Positions 21,925 to 33,000 of a stretch of DNA of 57,562 nucleotides are shown here, piece after piece. A model generated the notes under the pieces. The model was not told the DNA's origin. It searched no databases and worked only from the letters and a program-made list of their open reading frames with translations. The first letter of the stretch is position 1; the number at the start of each line of letters is the position of its first letter. A program made the position numbers and the translations under genes. Source of the DNA: Nostoc sp. GTDB taxonomy: Bacteria > Cyanobacteriota > Cyanobacteriia > Cyanobacteriales > Nostocaceae. The stretch is taken from NCBI GenBank assembly GCA_036918135.1, contig JBALDB010000023.1:1-57562 (forward strand), written 5' to 3'.

Positions 21925-22178
21925 ATGACATTTATCAACACACAGAACGTTGTCATTAATACTAGCTACGTTGCTGCGGTAAGGCTAGATAATCAAACTA
22001 TTGCAGGCAAAAAAAGCGTTTCTGTTCTCTTAGCTACTCTTCAGTTTCTATTGTTCAAAATATTAACCATTACCAATGGTTTGAATTTACTGGTCAAGCA
22101 GCTATTACACTCCAAGAGTATTTTACCAGTCTCTACAAAGGCAATTTTGGATTTGGAATTTTGACTGACTTCTCATGA
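21925..22178 (+). pseudogene. Frameshifted small hgl-island hypothetical gene
   Basis: MTFINTQNVVINTSYVAAVRL...LQFLLF in one frame continues as QNINHYQWFEFTGQAAITLQEYFTS in the -1 frame from 22056. Confidence 0.6.
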
Positions 22179-22464
22179 ATGAAATAAATCTCAAATTGTA
22201 AATCTAAAATCCAAAATTAGTTAAGCGATTGCTACAATCTCAAAACTCAAGCGCTGCATAACATTTTTACACGATCGCTGTGTACCAAAATTGCCTATAA
22301 ACCTAAGGCTTTATTAGGGCAGTATGTGTCGTGTGGTGTTGATTTGGAGAAAAGCATTTAGCGCAGATAAGATAGCTAACTGCTAACAAAACAAGACATT
22401 TTGATTAATTAGTAGGCAACAGAAATTACTGTATCTACACAATCCACAGTACTCACTATGCCCT

Positions 22465-25400
22465 ATGTCTGCTCAAATTGATACTGCCTTAGCAGAGTTA
22501 GAGAGCCTGATTAACAATTGCGAACAGGCTGTAATTAGGTCTATAGAGGAAAAAAAAATGAACTCAGACAAATCAATTTCTATCCATAAAATTAACAGAC
22601 AATTACAACACAATCCTATAGCCATTGTTGGCATGGCTTCTCTATTACCTCAAGCCAGAAATTTACGGGAATATTGGCAAAATATAGTAAATAAAATTGA
22701 CTGCATTACTGATGTTCCTGCCACTCACTGGAGTATCGAAGATTATTACGACCCAAATCCCAGAACCCCTGAAGATAAAACCTACTGTAAAAGAGGTGGA
22801 TTTATTCCAGAGGTAGATTTTAACCCGATGGAATTCGGCATTCCCCCTAGTATTTTAGAAGTTACAGATGTATCGCAACTATTAAGTTTAGTGGTTGCAA
22901 AAGAAGCGATGGAAGATGCTGGCTATGGCGAACAACGCGAATTCAACCGGGAGATGGTTGGGGTAATTTTAGGCGTAGCTATGGCCAAGCAGTTAGGAAT
23001 GCCACTTTCTGCGAGGTTGGAATATCCGATTTGGGAAAAAGCCCTCAAAAGTAGCGGTTTATCTGACGAAGATACACAAAAAATTGTTGAGAAAATCAAA
23101 AGTGCATACGTAAAATGGGACGAAAACGCCTTCCCCGGAATGTTGGCTAACGTAGTTGCGGGTAGAATTGCCAATCGTCTCAACTTTGGCGGCATGAACT
23201 GTGTTGTTGATGCTGCTTGTGCTAGTTCCTTCGGTGCTTTAAAAATGGCAATCAGCGAACTAGTCGAGCATCGTTCTGATATGATGCTGACTGGTGGTGT
23301 TGACACTGATAACACCATCATGGCTTACATCTCCTTCAGCAAAACACCAGCCGTTTCTCCTAGTGAAAAAGTCAAACCTTTCGATGCTCAATCTGATGGG
23401 ATGATGCTGGGCGAAGGTATCTGCATGATTGTCCTCAAACGTTTGGAAGATGCCCAACGGGACAACGATAAAATCTATGCTGTGATTAAAGGTATTGGTA
23501 CCTCCAGCGATGGACGCTACAAGAGCATTTATGCTCCCCGCAAGGAAGGCCAAGTCAAAGCCTTAGAACGTGCTTATGAAGATGCAGGCTTTTCTCCCGC
23601 CACCGTTGGTTTGATGGAAGCGCATGGCACCGGCACAATGGCTGGAGATCCGACAGAATTCGGTTCTTTACAGGACTTCTTTGCTCAGCATGACTTGAAA
23701 AAGCAGCATATCGCTTTGGGTAGTGTGAAATCCCAAATCGGACACACCAAAGCAGCTGCGGGTGCGGCGAGTTTGATTAAAACAGCTTTGGCGCTACATC
23801 ACAAAGTATTACCGCCGACAATTAACATTACCCAGCCGAACCCCAAACTTAATATTAAAAATTCTGCCTTTTATTTGAATACCGAAACCAGACCTTGGAT
23901 TCGTGCTGAAGGCGAAGCACCCAGACGCGCAGGTGTGAGTTCCTTTGGTTTCGGCGGCACCAACTATCACGTCGTCTTAGAAGAACATCAAGCCGACCAA
24001 AATCACGCTTACCGCTTACACAGTGCGGTTAATGAAGTGCTGGTGTTTGCTGCTACGCCGTCGGAATTGCTAACTAAATCCGAAGAGATTTTAGCTAAAT
24101 TGCGTTCAGGAAGTGACGCCGCAGGAGTATCGCCCCAAGCAACAACATATTATGCACAGTTAGTCAATGAGTGCAAAACTCTAGAGATTCCCCTCTCTGC
24201 TGCCAGATTTGGATTTGTAGCCCAGAACCTCGAAGAAGCTTGCAAACTACTGCAAATTAGCATTGACTGGCTGAAAAACAAAGGGTCAGTAGCAGCTTGG
24301 GAACATCCCCAAGGGATTTATTACCGTGCTTCTGGTATGGAGTTGGGTGGTAAAGTTGTCGCCTTGTTTTCCGGTCAAGGTTCCCAATACTTGGAAATGG
24401 GACGGGAATTAGCGATGAATTTCCCACTCATGCAGCGTTTGCATGGCTATATGGATAGTTTGTTGCTCAAAGATAATTTGCAGCCGCTATCGGAAATTGT
24501 TTTTCCGCATCCTGTGTTTGAAGAGGCAGAGAAAAATGTCCAAATCGCTGCCCTACAACGCACAGAATACGCTCAACCAGCCATCGGGGTGTTGAGTGCA
24601 GGGATGTACACCATACTGCAACAAGCTGGATTTAGATCCGATTTTGTGGCCGGACACAGCTTTGGCGAACTGACAGCCTTGTGGGCTGCGGGAGTTTTGA
24701 GTACCGAAGATTACCTGTTTTTGGTAAAAGCTAGGGGTCAAGCAATGGCGGCACCTGAAGATCCAGACCATGATGCAGGTAGTATGCTGGCTGTCAAAGA
24801 AGACATCAGCAAAGTTGAAGCAGTAATCAGACATTTTCCGCAAGTTACGATCGCCAATCAAAATTCTCCGAGTCAATTTGTCTTGGCTGGCCCCACCGCA
24901 GAAATCGCCAAAGTCCGTCAAGCATTACAAGACAAAGGATATACGGCTGTATTGTTGCCTGTATCCGCAGCATTCCATACACCCTTAATTGCGTTTGCTC
25001 AAAAATCCTTTGCCATCGCTACCAAGTCCGTCAAATTCCAAAATCCGAAACTCCCAGTTTACAGCAACGTTACTGGCAAGCAGTATCCCAAAGAACCGCA
25101 AGCGATTCAAAAAATCCTGGAAACGCACCTTTCTAATTCCGTGCTGTTCAAACAGGAAATTGAAAGCATCTATGCAGCTGGCGGTACTTGCTTTGTAGAA
25201 TTTGGCCCTCGCAGAATTTTGACCAACTTAGTTAAAGAAATTCTTGGCGATCGCCCGCATCTTACCGTATCTTTGAACCCCAGCACCCAAAAGAATAGCG
25301 ATCGCTCCTTGCGGGAAGCAGTTGTGCAGTTACGGGTAATCGGTATGGCTTTGAGTAACCTCGACCCCTACCATCTTCCCCAAACCATACCTGCAATTGA

Positions 25401-27969
25401 GCAGAAGAAGGCTTTAAATGTACGTTTAAACGGCATCAACTACAGATCCGAAAAAACGAAAAACGCCTTCGCTCAAGCTTTGCAAAACGAGCATAAAGTT
25501 ACATTACCTGCTGTTTTATCTGAGAATTCGGTGAAACCAAACCTTGAATCTGAAACTGCGGCTCCTTTATTTACCAGCCTAGATGTGGCTCTAGCTCTGC
25601 CAGTCACAGAGATTAACGGACATCAAAAAACACCACCCATCCCTACCCCATCAATCAACGGTCTGACTTCTGACGCTACCCAACCAGAGCAACAAATGAA
25701 TCCTGTGACCCTTTTAAGTCAACCAGCCCAGGAATCTAAGATGCAACCAACACCCGAAAAACTTACAAATTACCAAGAACTTTTAAAAAGTTTAGAATAT
25801 CTGCTGACACAGTTCCAGCAAAATCAAGCTGAGAATTTACAAGTTCACGGAACTTATCTCAATCATCAAATGGAATACGCCAAAGCGTTTTTCCAACTGA
25901 TGCAACAACAAAATTCTTTATTGAGTGAAAGTAAATCCACAGCCGAAACCACCAAGCTCAAGCAAGTTGTCATGGAAAGCTTAGAGCGCAGCATGACACA
26001 ATTTCACTCCCAACAAGGTGAAACCTTACGCATCCACGAGCAATATCTCCAAGAGCAACTGGAATATACCAAAAACTTTTTCCAACTCATACAGCAAGAG
26101 TATTCTCAAATCATCTCAGAAGATGGAGTGGTTCAACTCACAGAGAAACTCAGCAACGGGGTAGGAAATCATTTTATCCCCTTCACCACAGAAACAACTG
26201 TCACCGAAGAGGCACCAGTACCCGCCAGTACCAAGATAGTAGAAGCTTTACCCTCCCCTGTAACTGAGCCAGTAGCGAAAAACGGTTCAACACATACCCA
26301 AGCACCCCTACCCGCTCCCAAGGTAGTAGAGCCTGAGCCTGTAGTCGAAACTCCTGAAAAGACTAGGGTTATCGCGTCTCTACCTACTCCCCAAATAGTA
26401 GAGTCTGTAGTCGAAACTCCAGTACTACCACAAATAGTACAGCCTGTAGTCGAAACCCCCGTAATTGCCACTCTGCAAATAGTAGAACCTGTAGTTGAAA
26501 CTCCCGAGTCCCCAGTCCCCAATGCAACTATTGATATTGTTGACTTGGATAAAAACCTGCTAGCCATCACCAGCGACAAGACCGGCTACCCAGTCGAAAT
26601 GCTGGAAATGGATATGGACATGGAAGCAGACCTAGGGATTGACTCCATCAAACGGGTGGAAATCTTGGGAGCGCTACAAGAGATGTACCCCAACCTACCC
26701 AAACCCAATTTAGAAGAACTGGCAGAAAAACGCACCATCGGTCAAGTTGTAGAATATCTGCAATCCTTTGCTTCTAAAAGTGTTTCTGTAGAAATTGCAA
26801 TTCACGAAGTACAACAAGTAGTAGAGACTCCAACAGACGAAGTACAACAAGCAGTAGAGACTCCAGCAGAAGTTACGCCGGAAGTGAGCGTAGTTGTTGC
26901 ATTCACTCCACAACCAGAAGCAGAACCCGCAGCCGCAACTAATGAATTTCCAGACTTAGCTCAAACCCTATTAGCCATCACCAGCGATAAAACCGGCTAC
27001 CCGGTAGAGATGCTGGAACTAGAAATGGACATGGAAGCCGACTTAGGGATTGACTCCATCAAACGGGTAGAAATTTTAGGGGCGATGCAAGAAATGTACC
27101 CCGACTTACCCAAACCGAATATCGAAGAACTGGGAGAACTCCGCACCATCGGTCAAATAGTCGATTACCTACAGCAGCTAGCTGGAGGTGAAAAAAAAAA
27201 GTATGAGTTTGAGTTTGTCCAACCACCAGAATTAGAGTGTAGTATCCAGCGCTATCCCGTCAAACTCAGAACTTTACCAAAACCAGATTATTTGGATTTC
27301 ACATTACCAGAGGGACGTATCACCTTAATCACTGATGATGGTTCCCTCACTACTGCCAAATTAACACAATCCCTAATCGCCCAAGGCTCCAAAGTAGTAG
27401 TTATCAGTTTTCCCCAATCGGTGATTTCCCAACAATCGCCCTTACCCGCAGGAGTAACCCGCGTCACCTTGGCAAACTTGAGTGAAGAACATCTCCAACA
27501 ACAACTACAAGCGATCGCCACTCACTGCGGTACGATTGGGGCTTTCATCCATCTACATCCGATTTTTGTCGCAAATAATACTGGAAAAATTCCCTATATC
27601 GAACAGGAAAAGGCGATCGTCAAGCATGTATTTTTGATGGCCAAACACCTCAAACCTTCTCTCACCGAAACCGCACGTCATGGACGTAGTTATTTCTGCA
27701 CAGTAGCTCATCTCGATGGTGCTTTCGGCTTAGATTACAAAGTCAACTTCGGAGCGATTGGCGCTGGTTTATTTGGACTAAGTAAAACCCTGAGATGGGA
27801 ATGGCCAAAAGTGTTTACACGGGCGATCGACTTAAGTCCGAGAATTGACGCCCAACAGTCAGTAAACCACATTATTGCCGAACTTCACGACCCCAATCTT
27901 TACATTGGTGAAGTTGCTTACGGCTCTCAAGGACGAGTCACCTTAATTGCCAATCCCAAAGTAGTCTAA
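22465..27969 (+). CDS. hglE: Heterocyst glycolipid PKS HglE (PfaA-like: KS-AT-ACP-ACP) with fused HglF-like C-terminal domain
   Basis: KS DAACASS / EAHGTGT / QIGHTK; AT GHSFG / AFH; two LGIDSIKRVE ACPs; alternative start ATG 22558. Confidence 0.92.
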   Translation: MSAQIDTALAELESLINNCEQAVIRSIEEKKMNSDKSISIHKINRQLQHNPIAIVGMASLLPQARNLREYWQNIVNKIDCITDVPATHWSIEDYYDPNPRTPEDKTYCKRGGFIPEVDFNPMEFGIPPSILEVTDVSQLLSLVVAKEAMEDAGYGEQREFNREMVGVILGVAMAKQLGMPLSARLEYPIWEKALKSSGLSDEDTQKIVEKIKSAYVKWDENAFPGMLANVVAGRIANRLNFGGMNCVVDAACASSFGALKMAISELVEHRSDMMLTGGVDTDNTIMAYISFSKTPAVSPSEKVKPFDAQSDGMMLGEGICMIVLKRLEDAQRDNDKIYAVIKGIGTSSDGRYKSIYAPRKEGQVKALERAYEDAGFSPATVGLMEAHGTGTMAGDPTEFGSLQDFFAQHDLKKQHIALGSVKSQIGHTKAAAGAASLIKTALALHHKVLPPTINITQPNPKLNIKNSAFYLNTETRPWIRAEGEAPRRAGVSSFGFGGTNYHVVLEEHQADQNHAYRLHSAVNEVLVFAATPSELLTKSEEILAKLRSGSDAAGVSPQATTYYAQLVNECKTLEIPLSAARFGFVAQNLEEACKLLQISIDWLKNKGSVAAWEHPQGIYYRASGMELGGKVVALFSGQGSQYLEMGRELAMNFPLMQRLHGYMDSLLLKDNLQPLSEIVFPHPVFEEAEKNVQIAALQRTEYAQPAIGVLSAGMYTILQQAGFRSDFVAGHSFGELTALWAAGVLSTEDYLFLVKARGQAMAAPEDPDHDAGSMLAVKEDISKVEAVIRHFPQVTIANQNSPSQFVLAGPTAEIAKVRQALQDKGYTAVLLPVSAAFHTPLIAFAQKSFAIATKSVKFQNPKLPVYSNVTGKQYPKEPQAIQKILETHLSNSVLFKQEIESIYAAGGTCFVEFGPRRILTNLVKEILGDRPHLTVSLNPSTQKNSDRSLREAVVQLRVIGMALSNLDPYHLPQTIPAIEQKKALNVRLNGINYRSEKTKNAFAQALQNEHKVTLPAVLSENSVKPNLESETAAPLFTSLDVALALPVTEINGHQKTPPIPTPSINGLTSDATQPEQQMNPVTLLSQPAQESKMQPTPEKLTNYQELLKSLEYLLTQFQQNQAENLQVHGTYLNHQMEYAKAFFQLMQQQNSLLSESKSTAETTKLKQVVMESLERSMTQFHSQQGETLRIHEQYLQEQLEYTKNFFQLIQQEYSQIISEDGVVQLTEKLSNGVGNHFIPFTTETTVTEEAPVPASTKIVEALPSPVTEPVAKNGSTHTQAPLPAPKVVEPEPVVETPEKTRVIASLPTPQIVESVVETPVLPQIVQPVVETPVIATLQIVEPVVETPESPVPNATIDIVDLDKNLLAITSDKTGYPVEMLEMDMDMEADLGIDSIKRVEILGALQEMYPNLPKPNLEELAEKRTIGQVVEYLQSFASKSVSVEIAIHEVQQVVETPTDEVQQAVETPAEVTPEVSVVVAFTPQPEAEPAAATNEFPDLAQTLLAITSDKTGYPVEMLELEMDMEADLGIDSIKRVEILGAMQEMYPDLPKPNIEELGELRTIGQIVDYLQQLAGGEKKKYEFEFVQPPELECSIQRYPVKLRTLPKPDYLDFTLPEGRITLITDDGSLTTAKLTQSLIAQGSKVVVISFPQSVISQQSPLPAGVTRVTLANLSEEHLQQQLQAIATHCGTIGAFIHLHPIFVANNTGKIPYIEQEKAIVKHVFLMAKHLKPSLTETARHGRSYFCTVAHLDGAFGLDYKVNFGAIGAGLFGLSKTLRWEWPKVFTRAIDLSPRIDAQQSVNHIIAELHDPNLYIGEVAYGSQGRVTLIANPKVV
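24102..24133. mobile_element. 24-bp SDR-like insertion in a HIP1 site within hglE (in frame)
   Basis: GCG-TTCAGGAAGTGACGCCGCAGGAGT-ATCGC. Confidence 0.6.
26320..26510 (+). repeat. Coding linker repeats (QIVEPVVETP-like)
   Basis: Four CTGTAGTyGAAACyCC units upstream of ACP1. Confidence 0.6.
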
Positions 27970-28062
27970 TCCCTTCATCCCTCCTCTCTGCGCCTCTGTG
28001 TGAGGTTCCCAGAGACGCAGAGTTAGAAAAAATTAAATTTATAAACTTTTTTACGAGGATTT

Positions 28063-29778
28063 ATGACCCAAACAGCCCAGCTTAGTCCATCATCTGTCTT
28101 TGTCGTTAGCGGCGGTGCAAAAGGGATTACGGCTGAGTGTACTATCAAATTAGCCGAGCAGCAACCTTGCAAATTCATTCTTCTCGGTCGCTCTGAATTA
28201 TTAGAAACTGAGCCAGATTTTGCTCAAGATTGTGAAGAATCGGCATTGAAAAAACGCATCATGGAAAATCTTCTTGCTCAAGGAGAGAAACCCACACCCA
28301 TGAATGTGCAAAAAATATATAACAAAATCACCTCCAGCCGCGAAATTCAAAAGACTCTCGCAGCAATTGAAAAAGCAGGAGCTAAAGCCGAATATATTAG
28401 CGTTGATGTTACAGATACACAGGCTTTACAAGAAAAGCTGGCTAATGTTGGCTCAATTACAGGCATTATACATGGTGCGGGAAATTTAGCCGATAAGTTA
28501 ATTGAAAAGAAAACAGAAGAGGATTTTGAAAAAGTTTACACTGCTAAAGTTAGAGGATTAGAAAACCTACTTACTTGTATCAATCCGCATCAACTTCAGT
28601 ATTTAGTTTTGTTTTCTTCCGTAACAGGATTCTATGGAAACATTGGTCAATCTGATTATGCGATCGCCAATGAAATCCTCAATAAATCAGCGCATATTTT
28701 CAAACAACAATATTCCTCATGTCATGTAGTAGCAATTAATTGGGGAGCTTGGAATAGTGGGATGGTTTCACCAGAACTCAAGAAGGCTTTTCTTGAACGC
28801 GGAGTTGAAGTGATTCCCGTAGAAGCTGGGACACAAATGTTAGTCAACGAATTGCATCCCGCCTATCAAGAAAATACACAAGTTGTCATTGGTAGCCCCC
28901 TAGTACCGTTAGCTAGAGAGTTAGATCCTGAACTGCGTAACTATCGTCTGCACCGCCGGATGACATTAGAAGAAAATCCATTTTTATTGGATCATGTGAT
29001 AGCTGGTTCTCCAGTATTACCCGCTACATGCGCTCTCTCATGGATGATTGACTATTGCGAACAACTTTATCCAGGATATAGATTTTTTGCTGCCCAAGAT
29101 TTCAAAATTTTGAAAGGAATTACTTTTAACGATAGTTTGGCAAGTGAATATATTGTAGACGTTGAAGAAGTTTCTAAAACCAATGACCAACAAATTACAT
29201 TCAACACGAAAATATCGAGTAAAAGTTCGGCTGGGAAAATATTTTATCATTTTAGTGCCCAAATCCAACTTTTACTAGAAATTCCCACTGCCCCAATTTA
29301 TGATGCAGTTAATCTAGAACCAGATAATATCATCACTCTCACTGGTAAATCTTTTTATCAAAATGGAGAAGATACATTATTTCACGGCAAAGCTTTTCAA
29401 GAAATCCAAAAAGTTCTAAACATCACCACAGAAAAAATCACAACACAATGCCTATGGCAACAAATCTCACACGAACAACAAGGACAATTTCCAGTCCAAT
29501 GGGTCAACCCATATACAACTGACCTAAGTATGCACGCCCTGTGGGTTTGGACGCAACATTTTCATCAAGAAGGTTGCCTACCCGGACAAGTTGCAAAATA
29601 CGAACAATTTGCAGCCACACCACACAACGAACCCTTCTACGTTTCTTGTGAAGTAAAATCTAAAACCCCTAGTAGCGCAACCGCCGACATCATCATCCAC
29701 AACCAACAAGGACAAATCTACTCGCGCCTCTTGGGAGCCAGAGCAATTATTTGGTCAATGAAACTACTGAGAAGCTAA
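28063..29778 (+). CDS. hglG: Ketoreductase-dehydratase HglG
   Basis: SGGAKGIT, HGAG, YAIAN KR motifs; DHVIAGSPVLP and LFHG DH motifs. Confidence 0.88.
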   Translation: MTQTAQLSPSSVFVVSGGAKGITAECTIKLAEQQPCKFILLGRSELLETEPDFAQDCEESALKKRIMENLLAQGEKPTPMNVQKIYNKITSSREIQKTLAAIEKAGAKAEYISVDVTDTQALQEKLANVGSITGIIHGAGNLADKLIEKKTEEDFEKVYTAKVRGLENLLTCINPHQLQYLVLFSSVTGFYGNIGQSDYAIANEILNKSAHIFKQQYSSCHVVAINWGAWNSGMVSPELKKAFLERGVEVIPVEAGTQMLVNELHPAYQENTQVVIGSPLVPLARELDPELRNYRLHRRMTLEENPFLLDHVIAGSPVLPATCALSWMIDYCEQLYPGYRFFAAQDFKILKGITFNDSLASEYIVDVEEVSKTNDQQITFNTKISSKSSAGKIFYHFSAQIQLLLEIPTAPIYDAVNLEPDNIITLTGKSFYQNGEDTLFHGKAFQEIQKVLNITTEKITTQCLWQQISHEQQGQFPVQWVNPYTTDLSMHALWVWTQHFHQEGCLPGQVAKYEQFAATPHNEPFYVSCEVKSKTPSSATADIIIHNQQGQIYSRLLGARAIIWSMKLLRS

Positions 29779-29894
29779 TAGTAATTTGTAATTCGTAATC
29801 AAGAAATTCAGATTATATTTAGTTTTCAAGCTTTGAATCTGTTGTCAAATTTTCGAGAATTGATGTAACTCTCTTCTCCTCCTTTGCGCCCACC

Positions 29895-29930
29895 GAAGTT
29901 TTGATCGGCGGAAGCCACCGCTCAAACTTC
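29895..29930. repeat. SDR-like hairpin
   Basis: GAAGTTTTGA...TCAAACTTC. Confidence 0.5.
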
Positions 29931-30032
29931 TCTCTGTGTGATATAAAACGTCTTTCAAGTTTGGGGAACAGCGTAAATCCTTCTGTCCGCTCGTCATCTC
30001 TAGCCTAATACCCAAACCTTGAGGATAAAATA

Positions 30033-33000
30033 ATGGAAAAAATCGCCATTATCGCATTATCATGTCTATTTCCCGACGCCAAAAACCCCGAAGAATTCTG
30101 GCAAAATATCATCAATGAAAAAGACTCGACTTCATCTGCAACAATCCAAGAAATTGGAGTAAATCCAGAAATCTTTCATCATCCCATCAAAGGCACACCA
30201 GATAAAACCTATTCCCTTAAAGGTGGATACATCCGTAACTTTGAATTTGACCCATCTGGCTACAACCTACCACCAGAATTACTTGCCAATTTAGATAACA
30301 CCTTCAAATGGTCATTGTACGCCGCTAAACAAGCAATTCTCCAAAGTGGTTATTGGGGTAATCAAAGTGTTCTCGCCAAATGTGGTGTAATTTTGGGAAA
30401 CCTTTCATTCCCAACAAAACTTTCCAATCAATTATTTTCTCCCATCTACCAAAAAACCATCGCACCTGCCCTTAAAGAACTTTTACAACTTCCAGATTTA
30501 GATTTACCCACTCTCCCAACTGCCAATCAAGCATCTTTATATAATGCGATGATTTCCGGCTTACCAGCAGCGATAATTGCTCAAGCTTTATCTTTATCCC
30601 GTATTAATTTATGTCTCGATGCTGCTTGCTCTTCATCATTTTATGCCATTAAACTTGCGTCTCATTATTTGCGATCGCACAAAGCTGACGTAATGTTAGC
30701 CGGAGCAATCAGTAGTGCAGATTCCCTATTTGTACGGATGTTATTTTCTGGTGTTCAAGGATTTCCAGAAAACGGTATCAGCCGTCCCTTAGATAAATCA
30801 TCGAGAGGGCTAATTCCTGCCGATGGTATTGGCATGGTGATGTTAAAAAGATACTCTGATGCAGTCAGAGACGGCGATAAAATTCTCGCTACTATCTGTG
30901 GCAATGGACTTTCAAATGATGGTAAAGGCAAGCATTTACTTAGCCCCAATCCTAAAGGACAAATTCTCGCTTTTGAGCGAGCTTACAATGAAGCAAAAAT
31001 TAATCCTCAAAGTATCGATTATTTAGAGTGCCATGCAACCGGCACATTATTAGGAGATACAACCGAATTCAATTCTATCGAAACATTCTTCGGCGAACAT
31101 CAAGCCGCACCTTTAATAGGTTCTGCTAAGGCAAATACTGGTCATTTATTAACTGCGGCTGGGATGGTTGGCTTGACCAAAGTAATTTTGAGTATGTCCC
31201 ACGGTGTAATTCCGCCAACTTTGAATGTTACTGAACCGATAGCTAGTGAAAATAGTACAATTTCCGCTGATAAAATTGTTAAAACTGCTACTGCATGGCC
31301 GAATAATAACGCTGCAATCAAACGGGCTGCTATCAGTGCTTTTGGTTTTGGCGGCACTAATTCGCATCTGATTTTAGAACAAGGAACTACAACCGAATTA
31401 GATAATTCAATTGAACCTATTCCACCTGTAAAACTGGCCATAGTCGGTATGGATGCCTTTTTCGGCAACTGTAATGGCTTAGATGCTTTTGAACGTTCGA
31501 TTTACGATGGGATTCAACATTTTATTCCCTTGCCGCCCCAAAGATGGCACGGTATAGAAAACCAAGAAAATTTACTCAAAGAGTATGGTTTAGCAAATGG
31601 TAAAGCACCAGTAGGAGCATACATTCAAGATTTTGAAATTGATACTTTAGCGTGCAAAATTCCACCTAATGAAGTAGACAAACTAAACCCACAGCAATTA
31701 CTACTTCTAAAAGTGAGCGATCGCGCCCTCAAAGATGCGAAAATCTCAGAAGGCAGCAATGTGGCAGTTATCATTGCTGCGGAAACAGAGTTGTCTGTAC
31801 ATCAACTACAGCAAAGGTGGAATTTGCCTTGGCAAGTTAAAGAAGGTTTACTCGCTCAAGAAATCTCTTTGCCTAACCAACAGCAAACTCAACTAGAAAC
31901 CATTGTCAAAGATAGCCTTCATCACCCCGTAGAAATCGGCGAATATGTGAGTCATATTGCTAACATTATGGCGAGTCGGATTTCTGCTTTGTGGAATTTC
32001 ACTGGCCCAGCATTTACGATGACAGCTGGCGAAAATTCTGCCCTCAAGGCTTTAGAAGTAGCACAAATGCTACTGGCTACTGGAGAAGTCGAAGCTGTAG
32101 TTGTTGGTGCTGTTGATTTGGCTGGCGGTGTAGAAAACGTATTACTGCGAAGCCAAATCGCTAAGGTGAATACTGGTACTACTACCTTGAGTTACGACCA
32201 AAACGCAGACGGCTGGACGGTTGGCGAAGGTGCGGGTGCAGTTGTTCTCAAACGTCATGACAACGCCCTTGAAAATGCTGAACGCATCTATGCAGTTATC
32301 GATGCCGTTAGCATCGGACAAGCCCATTCCAACATTGTTGATGGTGAAACTATCAGCCAAGTCTGCAAACAAGCTTTCGATATCGCAGGTATCCAAGCCA
32401 CACAGGTGAACTACCTGGAAGTTTGCGGTAGTGGTATTCCCCAGGAAGATGCAGCAGAAATCACAGGTTTATTGCAAGCTTATCCGCCAGTGGGCGATGG
32501 GTTGCACTGTGCAATTGGCAGCGTCAAAGCAAATATCGGTCACACCTATGTCGCTTCCGGAATTGCCAGCCTGATTAAAAATGCTCTTTGTCTGTATCAC
32601 AAGTACATACCCGCTACCCCCAATTGGTCTGGTGTGAAAACGCCCCAAGTATGGCAAGGCAGTCCTTTTTATGTGGCTACAGAATCAAGACCTTGGTTTT
32701 TAGGCAAAAACGGTACATCCAGAGTCTCGGCACTTAATAGTATTGGGTATGATGGCAGTTTTGCTCATGTCATCTTATCGGAAGAAGGTAGCCAAGAAGA
32801 ACGCAGCAGCCGATATTTAGCAGAAAAACCCTTTTGTCTTTTTCCTATCTCGGCTGATGATAGCTCAAGTTTATTTGCAGCTTTAGATATTTTCCAAAAA
32901 ACCATTGAAAATTCTGCTGCTTCTCTCAAAGCAACTGCAAGCGAATATTTTGAGAACTTTCAAAAACAATCAACTGCAAAATATGTCCTATCAATTACAG

